From contig CBDCJH010000002.1 in assembly GCA_965217775.1 (NCBI GenBank), positions 3,008,001 through 3,072,000 on the forward strand: 64,000 nt of DNA, written 5' to 3'. The translations under genes and the position numbers were made by a program. The notes beneath the pieces were generated by a model. The model was not told the origin of the DNA. It saw only the letters and a program-made list of their open reading frames with translations, and ran no database searches. Origin of the DNA: Acidobacteriota bacterium. GTDB lineage: Bacteria > Acidobacteriota > UBA6911 > RPQK01 > JAJDTT01. Below are positions 8,889 through 17,425 of this stretch, in pieces (within the stretch, counting starts at the first letter, position 1; each line of letters begins with the position of its first letter).

Positions 8889-10046
8889 ATGACCCTCAAA
8901 ATAGCGTTGGCCATCATCGCCGTCGTATTCCTGACGGGATGCGGTTCCGGGGAGATGGCGGAGGAGCCGGCAGCCAGCGAAACGGCCGACGAACCGGGTC
9001 GGATCGACGGCGCACGGATCTACGACTATGACCCGTCCACCGAGCTGGGTGACGACATCTTCGGGGACATCATTGCCGATCTCGAGCACGACGCTCCGGG
9101 ACGCTGCACCCACGGCGGTCCCGTCTGCATGGAGTACGCCGACGGCCGGATCGTGGCCTTCCACACCAACACCACCGACCACAACCTGGACGGTTGGTCC
9201 GAATACGCCGAAAGCTCGGACGGGGGCAGGACCTGGAACAGGTACAACAAGTTCCAGTACTCCTACGACCATTACGACCCGGATCGGAAGCGATCAGTCT
9301 GGGTCGAGGAGGGTCTGGTCACCGAGAAGGGAACCGCCGTCCTGTTCCTGACCCATTTCAAGATCGCCAAAGGCAAAAGGGAAAGCGGATTCATGAGGAG
9401 TCTGGATCACGGCTCCACCTGGAGCGATTACCAGCGGGTTGACGGGGACTTCGTTGGATATCCCTGTGCCGTGGCGGTGTCCGGCGAAACCAACTACGTC
9501 CTCTATGACAGCGCCGACGGTGGTCCCCACGTCCTTTACGTCAGCACTGACGACGGTCAGAGCTGGAACCGGAGAAGCACCCTCTCTCTCGACGGCGACA
9601 AGTGGTACGGCACCATGTGCCTGATGGCGGACGGACGCCTTTTGGCCGGCGCCTATACCGAAAAGGACGAGCACCATTTCTACTACTGCATCAGCCCGGA
9701 CCAGGGACGGACCTGGAGCGAACAGCAGAAGACCTACGTGGACAAGATGATCCGCGACCCGGAGCTGGCCTACCTGGGGGGCAAGTACTACCTGCACGGC
9801 CGGTCGGGCCATGAAGGGGAGGGCAGCCGCCGATTCGTCCTCTACCAGTCCGACGACGGCCTCGACTGGGGCAGCGGGATCATCGTCAGCGGGGACACCC
9901 GGCATCCCGACGGCTACAGCCACAACTGCATCATCAACCGGTACAACGACGAGGAACCGCTCAAGTTGATGGTGGAATACAGCATCATCTACGACGGCAG
10001 GGACACAAACGAATACGTTTTCTTTATCGAGCCCGACCCGCGCTGA
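8889..10046 (+). CDS. BNR/Asp-box repeat lipoprotein (sialidase-fold)
   Basis: Lipobox FLTGC; Asp-boxes SSDGGRTW, SLDHGSTW, STDDGQSW, SPDQGRTW, SDDGLDW; no RIP motif. Confidence 0.8.
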   Translation: MTLKIALAIIAVVFLTGCGSGEMAEEPAASETADEPGRIDGARIYDYDPSTELGDDIFGDIIADLEHDAPGRCTHGGPVCMEYADGRIVAFHTNTTDHNLDGWSEYAESSDGGRTWNRYNKFQYSYDHYDPDRKRSVWVEEGLVTEKGTAVLFLTHFKIAKGKRESGFMRSLDHGSTWSDYQRVDGDFVGYPCAVAVSGETNYVLYDSADGGPHVLYVSTDDGQSWNRRSTLSLDGDKWYGTMCLMADGRLLAGAYTEKDEHHFYYCISPDQGRTWSEQQKTYVDKMIRDPELAYLGGKYYLHGRSGHEGEGSRRFVLYQSDDGLDWGSGIIVSGDTRHPDGYSHNCIINRYNDEEPLKLMVEYSIIYDGRDTNEYVFFIEPDPR

Positions 10047-10085
10047 GCCAATTTCCGCCGGCCGGATCGGACTTCCGGGTTCATC

Positions 10086-11150
10086 TTGCGCGTCGCCTTC
10101 TACTACCACCAGCAGAAACGTCTTCCCGCCAACCATGAGGGCAACAACCCCTACGGGGCGCTCCTGGCGGAAGCCCTGGAGCGGCGGGGCGTGGAAATGG
10201 AATTCGAGACGGACTGCAGTGCCGAGTATCTCCGGCGGAACCAGGGCAGAATCCGGATTCTGCACCTCCACTGGCCCCACCACGACTACTACAACGACGA
10301 CGCGCGAATCATGCAGCGGCAGATGGAGAAGTTGGCCGCCTCCCTGGAATTGGCCCGGGAACTGGGCTACAAGGTGGTCTGGACCGCCCACAACATCTAC
10401 CCGCACAACCGGACCCACCAGCACATCGATCACGAGTTTCGGCTCCACCTGTGCCGCCTCTGCACCGCCATCATCGCCCATTGCGCGGTGTCCGCAGCCG
10501 GCGTGAAGGAAACCTTCGGCCGTTCCCACGACATCTTCCTGGCGCCCCACGGTCATTTCATCGGGGTCTACCCGGACATCGCCTCCCAGAGCGAGGCCCG
10601 TCGGGATCTGGGCATTCCGGCTGGGGATTTCGCCTACGGATTCATCGGCGGCGTCCTGCCCTACAAGGGTCTGGAGACTTTGATCGAGACCTTCCGCAGG
10701 CTTCCCGGAGAGGACTCCTGGCTCCTGCTGGCCGGCGGCGGACGCTACAGGCCATACCTGAACAAGATTCGAAAGCTGGCCGCCGGGCATCCCCGGATCC
10801 TGGACCGGATCGTCGAGCCTCGCGCCCCCACGCCGGACCTGATGCGGGTCCTGCGCGCCAGCAACGCCATCGTCCTGCCGTTTCTGGCCACCATGTCGTC
10901 GGGGACCGTCACCCTGGCCCTTTCCGAGTCCCGTCCCGTGATCGCGCCGAATATGGGCTGCCTGCCCGAAGTCATCCTTTCCGGCGGCGGTCTCCTCTAC
11001 GACCCGAACCGCCCCGGGGCGTTGCTGGAAGCCATGCAGGAGATCCGGGGCTGGGATCTGGAAGAGGCATACCCCACCGCCCTGGCCAGCATCCAAAGGT
11101 ACGATTGGGACCGTATCGCCAAGATCACCCTGGAGGCCTATCGAAGATGA
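10086..11150 (+). CDS. Glycosyltransferase family 4 (GT-B)
   Basis: NPY, LHLHWP, VWTAHNIYPH, PYKGLETLI, SSGT..LALS, VIAPNMGCLPE. Confidence 0.85.
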   Translation: MRVAFYYHQQKRLPANHEGNNPYGALLAEALERRGVEMEFETDCSAEYLRRNQGRIRILHLHWPHHDYYNDDARIMQRQMEKLAASLELARELGYKVVWTAHNIYPHNRTHQHIDHEFRLHLCRLCTAIIAHCAVSAAGVKETFGRSHDIFLAPHGHFIGVYPDIASQSEARRDLGIPAGDFAYGFIGGVLPYKGLETLIETFRRLPGEDSWLLLAGGGRYRPYLNKIRKLAAGHPRILDRIVEPRAPTPDLMRVLRASNAIVLPFLATMSSGTVTLALSESRPVIAPNMGCLPEVILSGGGLLYDPNRPGALLEAMQEIRGWDLEEAYPTALASIQRYDWDRIAKITLEAYRR

Positions 11151-13180
11151 CACTACTGACACCGGAATGGAGCCGGGACCTGCGCCGGCGCGCCTCGGCC
11201 CCCTCTTTCTCCGCCGCCCGGGAGGCGCTGGACCAACGGCTCTCCGATTATCACCGGTTTTTGCCTCAGGTCCCCGTATATCAGGCCGGTTATTACCACG
11301 ACTTCTTCTGCCCTGAGCACGCGGTCCAATTCGAGTACGATCCACGGGAGCCGCACCGTCACGTCTGTCCCGTGGACGGCGCCGTCCACAGCGGTGAGCC
11401 GTACGACAGCGCCTGGCGCTGGTCGGTGAACGACATGCTCAGCGACGCCGCCCTGAAACTCGCCTTCCGGAGCCATCTCACCGGCGGACAAGACGAACAG
11501 GCCCGGGCGGACCGGGACCTGTCCAGCCGGATCCTGTTCACCTATGCCGAGCGCTACCGGCACATGGAGCCTCCTCCCCTGGATCACCCCAATCACCCCG
11601 GGATCGTCGCCTGGTCGGGTCTTGACGAGTCGGTCTGGTTGATTCGGATGTGTTGGGCCTTTGCCCTCCTGGAAGAGACGCTCCCGGAAGGGTCGGCCGA
11701 CCGGTTGGCCCGGCAGATGTTCCGGCCCGGCGCCGAGCACATCCGGCGAGTTCGATGGCCCGAGATCCACAATGCCACCAACTGGAACAACGCCGCCCTG
11801 GCGACCCTGGCTCTGGTCCTGGAGGACGAAGATCTGCTTGAGTTGGCTCTGGGCGGCGACCTGGGCCTGGAGCCCCAATTGACGCAGGGTGTATCCCAAG
11901 ACGGGATCTGGTGGGAGGGCTCCCTCAGCTACCACTACTACATGCTGGACGCGGTGGTCTGGACACTCCGGATCCTGCGGGCCTCGGGCCGCTCCTTCGA
12001 CGATGGCGGAATCCTCAAGAGGATGTTTCTGGCGCCGATCCTCATCTCCTTTCCGGATCTGAAGCTCCCGGCCGTAAACGACTGCTGGTACTTCATCGGC
12101 CTCCAGCAGCGGGTCGGTCACGGGATCCCGGAAGCGGACGGCTTCTACGAGACCGCCTACGGCTGGTTCCGCGACCCGGTCTTCGCCTGGGTCCTGCAAC
12201 AGAACTATGAGGACCGCCCCCGAACCTGCTTCGAGGCGCTCCTGGACGGCGCCCGGGAGATCCCGTCCGGAGAGGAACCGGAGTGGAAGAGTCTGCATCT
12301 GGAGGACCTGGGTTTCGCCGTGCTGCGCAGTCGGGATCGCGGGAACCGAAGTCATCTGATTTTCAAGGCGGGTCCGGACGGAGGGGTTCACGGACACCAC
12401 GACCAACTCCGGATCCAGCTCTTCGCCAACGGGTCTCCCTGGTTGCCGGACCTGGGGACCCCCGGATACGGCATCGAACTCAACGACACCTGGTACCAGC
12501 AGACGGCCAGCCACACCACCGCGCTGGTGGACGGCTTGTCCCAGCCGCTGGCCGAGGGAAAGATCAACTATTACTACTCCGACGACCGGTATTCGCTCTG
12601 CGACGCCTCGGTCTCTTGGGACGAGGGGGCCTACGCCGGAGTCGAGATGCGCCGAGTCCTCCTCTGGCGGGACCAATATTTCGTGGACCTGCTGCAGATT
12701 CGGTGCCCCGCGGTTCGAAACCTGGACTGGGTCTGTCAGGTGCGCGGGGAGCGGATCGGGGAGCCGGTGGACCTGACTCCTGCCGCTCCCTTGACCGGCG
12801 ACGGCGGTTACGGCCACGTGCGGCTGGAGGGCCGAGTCCCCGAATCGGACAACCGGAGGCTTCGCTGGCAGCATCAGGGCGGACTCCTGGATCTGCTTCT
12901 GATCCAGCCGGCCGGCCGGATGTTCCTGGGTTCGGCCCCGTCCAACCCGGCAGCCGAAACCCTTTCCACCTGCATCCGGCGCCGCACCGCCGCCAGCGCC
13001 GTCTTCCTTTCGGTCTTTGCTCCCTACGGGGCAAACCGGAGCTCTCCGCTGGTCACCGCACTCAGTTGGGTCGAAGGCGGCGGTTCGCGACAACTCTGGG
13101 TGGTGAAGGATCGGGGTCGCGACGAGTGGATCTTGGGAGACGAGCCGGGAGACGTCTTGTTGGTCTCGGACCTGCAGTGA
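11147..13180 (+). CDS. Alginate-lyase/heparinase II/III family polysaccharide lyase (PL15/PL17-like)
   Basis: ATG overlaps the GT4 stop (ATGA); HNATNW, WWEGSLSYHYY, HGHHDQL, DLGTPGYG, WYQQTASHTT. Confidence 0.85.
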   Translation: MTLLTPEWSRDLRRRASAPSFSAAREALDQRLSDYHRFLPQVPVYQAGYYHDFFCPEHAVQFEYDPREPHRHVCPVDGAVHSGEPYDSAWRWSVNDMLSDAALKLAFRSHLTGGQDEQARADRDLSSRILFTYAERYRHMEPPPLDHPNHPGIVAWSGLDESVWLIRMCWAFALLEETLPEGSADRLARQMFRPGAEHIRRVRWPEIHNATNWNNAALATLALVLEDEDLLELALGGDLGLEPQLTQGVSQDGIWWEGSLSYHYYMLDAVVWTLRILRASGRSFDDGGILKRMFLAPILISFPDLKLPAVNDCWYFIGLQQRVGHGIPEADGFYETAYGWFRDPVFAWVLQQNYEDRPRTCFEALLDGAREIPSGEEPEWKSLHLEDLGFAVLRSRDRGNRSHLIFKAGPDGGVHGHHDQLRIQLFANGSPWLPDLGTPGYGIELNDTWYQQTASHTTALVDGLSQPLAEGKINYYYSDDRYSLCDASVSWDEGAYAGVEMRRVLLWRDQYFVDLLQIRCPAVRNLDWVCQVRGERIGEPVDLTPAAPLTGDGGYGHVRLEGRVPESDNRRLRWQHQGGLLDLLLIQPAGRMFLGSAPSNPAAETLSTCIRRRTAASAVFLSVFAPYGANRSSPLVTALSWVEGGGSRQLWVVKDRGRDEWILGDEPGDVLLVSDLQ

Positions 13181-13237
13181 CGTGGGCCCGATCCCGGCGT
13201 GGTAGACTCAGCCGTAACTATCGCAACGGCCTGTAAC

Positions 13238-14353
13238 ATGAAACGAAGAACATTCCTCAAGAAAACAGCCGGCGGAACTCTGGTCTCTTCCCTGGCCTTC
13301 TCAGCCGCGAGCCGGATCGAGGCTGCCGGTGACGGCATCCCGGTGGGCATCATCACCCAGGAGAGAGGGCCTCACCTGGGAACTTATCTGGATGCCCTGG
13401 CCAAGGCCCAGGGAGTCGCTTCCGTCGCGCTTTCGGACGAGAGTGGAACCACCTTCGACCGTGCCAGCGAAGTCCTGGGTGGAAAGCTCACCACGTACCA
13501 GGACCACGGCAAGATGTTGCAGGAGGCGAAGCCGCACGCGGTCCTCGTCAGCCTGGCCGCCCACTTGGCGCCCCCGGTGATCCGGAAGTCCCTGGAGGCA
13601 GACGCTCACGTCCTGGCCGAAAAACCGGCTTGCGTCCGGGCCGAGGACTTCGAGCCTCTGGTCCACCTCGCCGATTCCAAGAATTTGAACCTGATGCTGG
13701 CCCTGGGATCCAGGCTTCATCCGGCAGTGCTCAAAGCCCGAGAGTTGATCCAGTCCGGATTCCTGGGCAAACCCTTCGGCGCCCACCTGGTCTTTGTCGC
13801 AGACCAGACCCGCCTGACCCGGCCCCGCTACCAGAATTCCTGGTTGGCCTTCAAGGACAAGGCCGGCGGGGGACAACTCATCTGGCTGGGGATCCACTAC
13901 CTGGACCTGGTGCAGCACCTCACCGGCGACCGGATCGAGCAGGTTTCCGCCGTCACCCGGAACGTGGGTGGACAGCCGGTGGAAATCGAGGATTCGGTGG
14001 CCCTGGCCCTCCGGTTCAAGGGGGGGATGGTGGGGACCTACCACGGCGGCTACTACTTGGACCGGGGGTATCACCTGGGCGTCACGCTCTGGGGTTCCAA
14101 GGGTTGGCTTCGGATGAACCTTTTGAAGGGTTCCATGCAGTGGTACTCCACCCACCCGGACGCCCCCCGGGGAATCCGGTCCCACGACTTCGAGACCGAG
14201 CTGAGCAGCTACTACCCCCTGGTCCAATCCCTGGTGGACCTGGGTCGCGGCAAGGGGAATCCGCCGCTCACGGGAGAGGATTCTCTCCACGTCCTGAAAG
14301 TCGTATTCAGCGCCTACAAGGCCGCGGAGACCGGCGTCAGCCAGTCCGTCTGA
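13238..14353 (+). CDS. Tat-exported Gfo/Idh/MocA oxidoreductase
   Basis: MKRRTFLK, HVLAEKPAC, GGGQLIWLGIHYLD. Confidence 0.88.
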   Translation: MKRRTFLKKTAGGTLVSSLAFSAASRIEAAGDGIPVGIITQERGPHLGTYLDALAKAQGVASVALSDESGTTFDRASEVLGGKLTTYQDHGKMLQEAKPHAVLVSLAAHLAPPVIRKSLEADAHVLAEKPACVRAEDFEPLVHLADSKNLNLMLALGSRLHPAVLKARELIQSGFLGKPFGAHLVFVADQTRLTRPRYQNSWLAFKDKAGGGQLIWLGIHYLDLVQHLTGDRIEQVSAVTRNVGGQPVEIEDSVALALRFKGGMVGTYHGGYYLDRGYHLGVTLWGSKGWLRMNLLKGSMQWYSTHPDAPRGIRSHDFETELSSYYPLVQSLVDLGRGKGNPPLTGEDSLHVLKVVFSAYKAAETGVSQSV

Positions 14354-14381
14354 GCCGCGTCCGCCGGATAGAATGGAGACC

Positions 14382-14408
14382 GTAGGGGCTCCCCTTGTGG
14401 GTGCCCTC
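14382..14408 (+). repeat. GTAG-type REP element
   Basis: GTAGGGGCTCCCCTTGTGGGTGCCCTC; near-identical to 31551 and 36412. Confidence 0.8.
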
Positions 14409-14432
14409 CTCTGTGCACCGTCCGCCGGGAGA

Positions 14433-15793
14433 ATGACCATGACCGAAGTGAAGCGCCGTCAGTTCCTCAAGTCCTCCACCTGGGTGGGAGCCTCCCTGAT
14501 CGGCACGGCCGGAGCCTGGGCCCGCGCCAACGACCGCATTCGAGTCGCCCTGATCGGGGCCGGCGGCCGCGGCAGGCGCCTGGTGGAAGAGATTCTGGAA
14601 AACGAGGGTGTGGAACTGGCCGTGGTCTGCGACGTGGACGAACGGCGGGCCCTGGAGAAGGCGGATCAGGCTCAGAAAATCAGCGGCAAGAGGCCCCGGA
14701 CCGAGAAGGACCTGAGACGGATCATGGACGACACCTCCATCGACGCCGTCACCATCGCCACCTGTAACCACTGGCACGCCCTGGCTGGAATCTGGGCCTG
14801 CCAAGCCGGCAAGCACGTCTACGTGGAAAAGCCCATCGCCCACAACGTCTGGGAGGGCCGCAAGCTGGTGGAGGCCGCCCGCAAGTACTACCGCATCGTC
14901 CAGGGGGGGACCAATCGCCGCTCCAGCGGTTCCTTCCGCAAGGTGGCCCAACTGGTCCGGGACGGGGTGATCGGCCGGGTCTACTGGGCGCGCTGTGAAT
15001 TCCCCAGGCCCAGGGATCCGTTGGGCTTCAAGACTCCCGAGCCGCCCCCCTCCTGGCTGGATTGGAACCTCTGGCTGGGACCGGCGCCGGAGCAGCCTTT
15101 CCACCGCAACCTGGTGCACTACAACTGGCACTGGTTCTGGGACTTCGGCAACGGGGAGATGGGGAACAACGGGATCCACATCATCGACATCTGCCGCTGG
15201 GTCATGGGTCAGGACGTCCCGGTCCGGGCTCACTCCGCAGGAGGCCGTTTCGGGGAGAAGGACCAGGCCGAGACCCCAACACGCACCGCTCCACCTTCGA
15301 GTTCCAGGACGGTTCCCTTCTCACCTGCGACCTGCGCAATCTCTACTCGGACCATGGCCGCGTCGTGCCCCGGCGGCACATCTATCCCGAACCCAGACTG
15401 CAGTGGATGGCCGAGTTCACCTGGGACCTGTACGGCACCGAAGGCTACATCCACATGAAACACCGGATCCAGAAGGGGGGCGCCGGCTGCGACTACCAGG
15501 TCTTTCTGGGACGGAACAAGAAGGCCGAGCCTATCCAGCCGGACCTGGAGAGCTGGGGTCACTACCAGAACTTCATCAATGCGCTGCGGGCCGGAGACAG
15601 AAGCGTCCTGACGGCGGACATCGAAGTGACCCACCGGTCCGGCATCTTCTGCGAGCTGGCCAACATCTCCCACCGCGTGGGCCGGGAGGTCCGTTTCGAT
15701 CCGGCCACCGAGACCATCCCGGGAGACGAAGAGGCGAACCGGCTGCTGCGGCGCGAATACCGGAAGCCGTTCGAGGTCCCGGAGAAGGTTTGA
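14433..15793 (+). pseudogene. Tat-exported Gfo/Idh/MocA oxidoreductase with a frameshift at the C-run 15274-15277 (real lesion or sequencing error)
   Basis: KRRQFLK, IGAGGRG, HVYVEKP, HYNWHWFWDFGNG; adding one C restores ETPNTHRST and joins the frame ending REYRKPFEVPEKV. Confidence 0.8.
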
Positions 15794-15794
15794 G

Positions 15795-15976
15795 TAGGAG
15801 GGGGGACATTCTGTCCCCCATTCTTCCACGCCACGATTTGCGACGCGGAGTTCGGGGGTTACAAACCCCCGCCCCTATGCCGCAACTCCCGCCTGTCCCT
15901 GAAGGTCCATTCCCACCCGCCGGCTCCAAGCGTTGCGCTCCGGGGAAAGAGGGGGAGACAAGGATGTCCCCCCTCT
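15795..15976. repeat. Inverted pair of GGAG-type REP elements (REPIN-like)
   Basis: GGAG-Gn-ACATTCTGTCCCCC at ~15797-15820 and inverted GGGGGAGACAAGGATGTCCCCCCTCT at ~15951-15976. Confidence 0.6.
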
Positions 15977-16013
15977 TGGAGATCCCCACTCCAATCTCGT
16001 CTTGCCTCTTTTC

Positions 16014-16355
16014 TCACCTTCGCATCGGTCTCTGCGGAGGTTCGACCGGAGGTTCGATCGTGAATCGCTCAACCTTGATCTCACTCTCCCGCTGCCGCGC
16101 CCGGGAGATAACGTAGCTGTTCTGCATCCGCATCAGCGTCTCCATGCGGACTCCGAATGCCTTCTCGATACGCAGAGCCATTTCTACGGACAGCATCGAA
16201 CGCTCGTTCAGAAGCGACGAGAGGGCAGGGCGCGTAACGCCCAACGCTCTAGCGGCCACCGTAACGGAAACTCCCAACGGTTTTATGATTTCAGTCTTGA
16301 TGAATCCACCGGGATGAGGAGGGTTTTTCAGTCTATAGCTCCCTGTCGTCGTCAT
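16014..16355 (-). CDS. higA: Orphan HigA family antitoxin
   Basis: NPPHPGGFIKTEII, LGVTRPALSSLLN, EMALRIEKAFG; GGAGG RBS. Confidence 0.88.
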   Translation of the reverse strand: MTTTGSYRLKNPPHPGGFIKTEIIKPLGVSVTVAARALGVTRPALSSLLNERSMLSVEMALRIEKAFGVRMETLMRMQNSYVISRARQRESEIKVERFTIEPPVEPPQRPMRR

Positions 16356-16366
16356 TGTCTCCTCCT

Positions 16367-16410
16367 TCAGTGGTAATCCTCAAACCGGAGTGAAACGATG
16401 TTTCCGCATT
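16367..16410 (-). pseudogene. C-terminal remnant of a higB toxin
   Basis: Reads GNIVSLRFEDYH-stop immediately upstream of higA; EDYH is also the C-terminus of the intact HigB at 1065. Confidence 0.65.
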
Positions 16411-16417
16411 CATAAGG

Positions 16418-16443
16418 AGTGGGACAGGAAAGTTGCCCGTTCC
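16418..16443 (-). repeat. GGAG-family REP-like element
   Basis: GGAACGGGCAACTTTCCTGTCCCACT resembles GGAGGGGCGACTTTCTTGTCGCCCACT at 31612-31638. Confidence 0.5.
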
Positions 16444-16445
16444 CA

Positions 16446-17387
16446 TCAGCGGCTGGCAAGCCGCCGCTCGGATGTGCCCGCGGCGCGTAGCGCCTGTCCC
16501 TGAATGTCCATTCCCACCCACCGGCTCCAGGCGTCGAGCAGCCGGCGATAGACGGGACCCGGTCGGCCGGCACCCAGTCGACTTCCGTTGTACCGCGCCA
16601 CCGGGAGCATGCAGTAGGAGGTGCTGCAGAAGAATGCCTCCTCCGCGGTGGCCACGTGGTAGGGCTGGATGTCCTCCTCCACCGAGGGAATCCCTTCCTC
16701 GTGGGCCAGTTCCAACACCGTGGCCCGGCTGACGCCCTCCAGAACGTTGCGGGTTGTCGGCGTCCTCAAGCAGCCGTCCCGGTAGATGAAGAAATTGGCT
16801 CCCTTGTTCTCCGACACGTTGCCGTCGATGTCCAGGAGCAGGGAGAAGCCTTCCGGATCCACTTCCTTGACCTCAAACTCGGCCAGGGTGAAGAAAATCC
16901 GGTTCCGGTGCTTGAGCTTGGCGTCCAGTGACTGGGGCGGGATGTGCCGGGTCGACGGAGTCACGGCGTGGACGCCCTTCTCGTAGAGATGGGCGTAGTC
17001 GGCGAACCCCAGGGGCAGCGTGGCGATGAGCAGGCCGGGGCGGTCGAACTCGAAGCGTCCAATGGTACTGCGCATCGGTCCACCCGTCGCCGTCTGGGTG
17101 ACCCAGACGTCCCCATCGGGATCCAGGTTGAGAAGATTCGCCTCCAGTACTTCCAGGGCGATCTCCTCCATCCGCTCCGGGGGCATGCCGGGATTGATCC
17201 GGGCCACCGACATGGAGCGGTAGAACCTCCGGATGTGCTCCTTCAGCTTGAAGGGACGGTACCCGAAGGTCCGGGCCGAGTCGGTCACGTTGTGGCCGAA
17301 ACTGAATCCGGAGTCGGTGTGATGGATCCGGACCTCCGAGTCCGGAACCAGCCGGCCGTTGAACCAGGTCAGCAGTTCTCTGTTCAT
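16446..17387 (-). CDS. PLP-dependent class IV aminotransferase
   Basis: FKLKEHIRRF, DAKLKHRNR (PLP lysine), ENKGANFF, VLEGVSR, EAFFCSTS; GGAGG RBS before ATG 17387. Confidence 0.9.
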   Translation of the reverse strand: MNRELLTWFNGRLVPDSEVRIHHTDSGFSFGHNVTDSARTFGYRPFKLKEHIRRFYRSMSVARINPGMPPERMEEIALEVLEANLLNLDPDGDVWVTQTATGGPMRSTIGRFEFDRPGLLIATLPLGFADYAHLYEKGVHAVTPSTRHIPPQSLDAKLKHRNRIFFTLAEFEVKEVDPEGFSLLLDIDGNVSENKGANFFIYRDGCLRTPTTRNVLEGVSRATVLELAHEEGIPSVEEDIQPYHVATAEEAFFCSTSYCMLPVARYNGSRLGAGRPGPVYRRLLDAWSRWVGMDIQGQALRAAGTSERRLASR

Positions 17388-17425
17388 AAGGATGTTCCTC
17401 CCAAAGGTGTTTCGGCAAAAGCCGC

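Noticed and set aside
10451-11146. N-terminal extension of the 909-aa ORF
   Set aside because: It overlaps the GT4 gene in another frame and is Arg/Pro-rich; the lyase most plausibly starts at ATG 11147.
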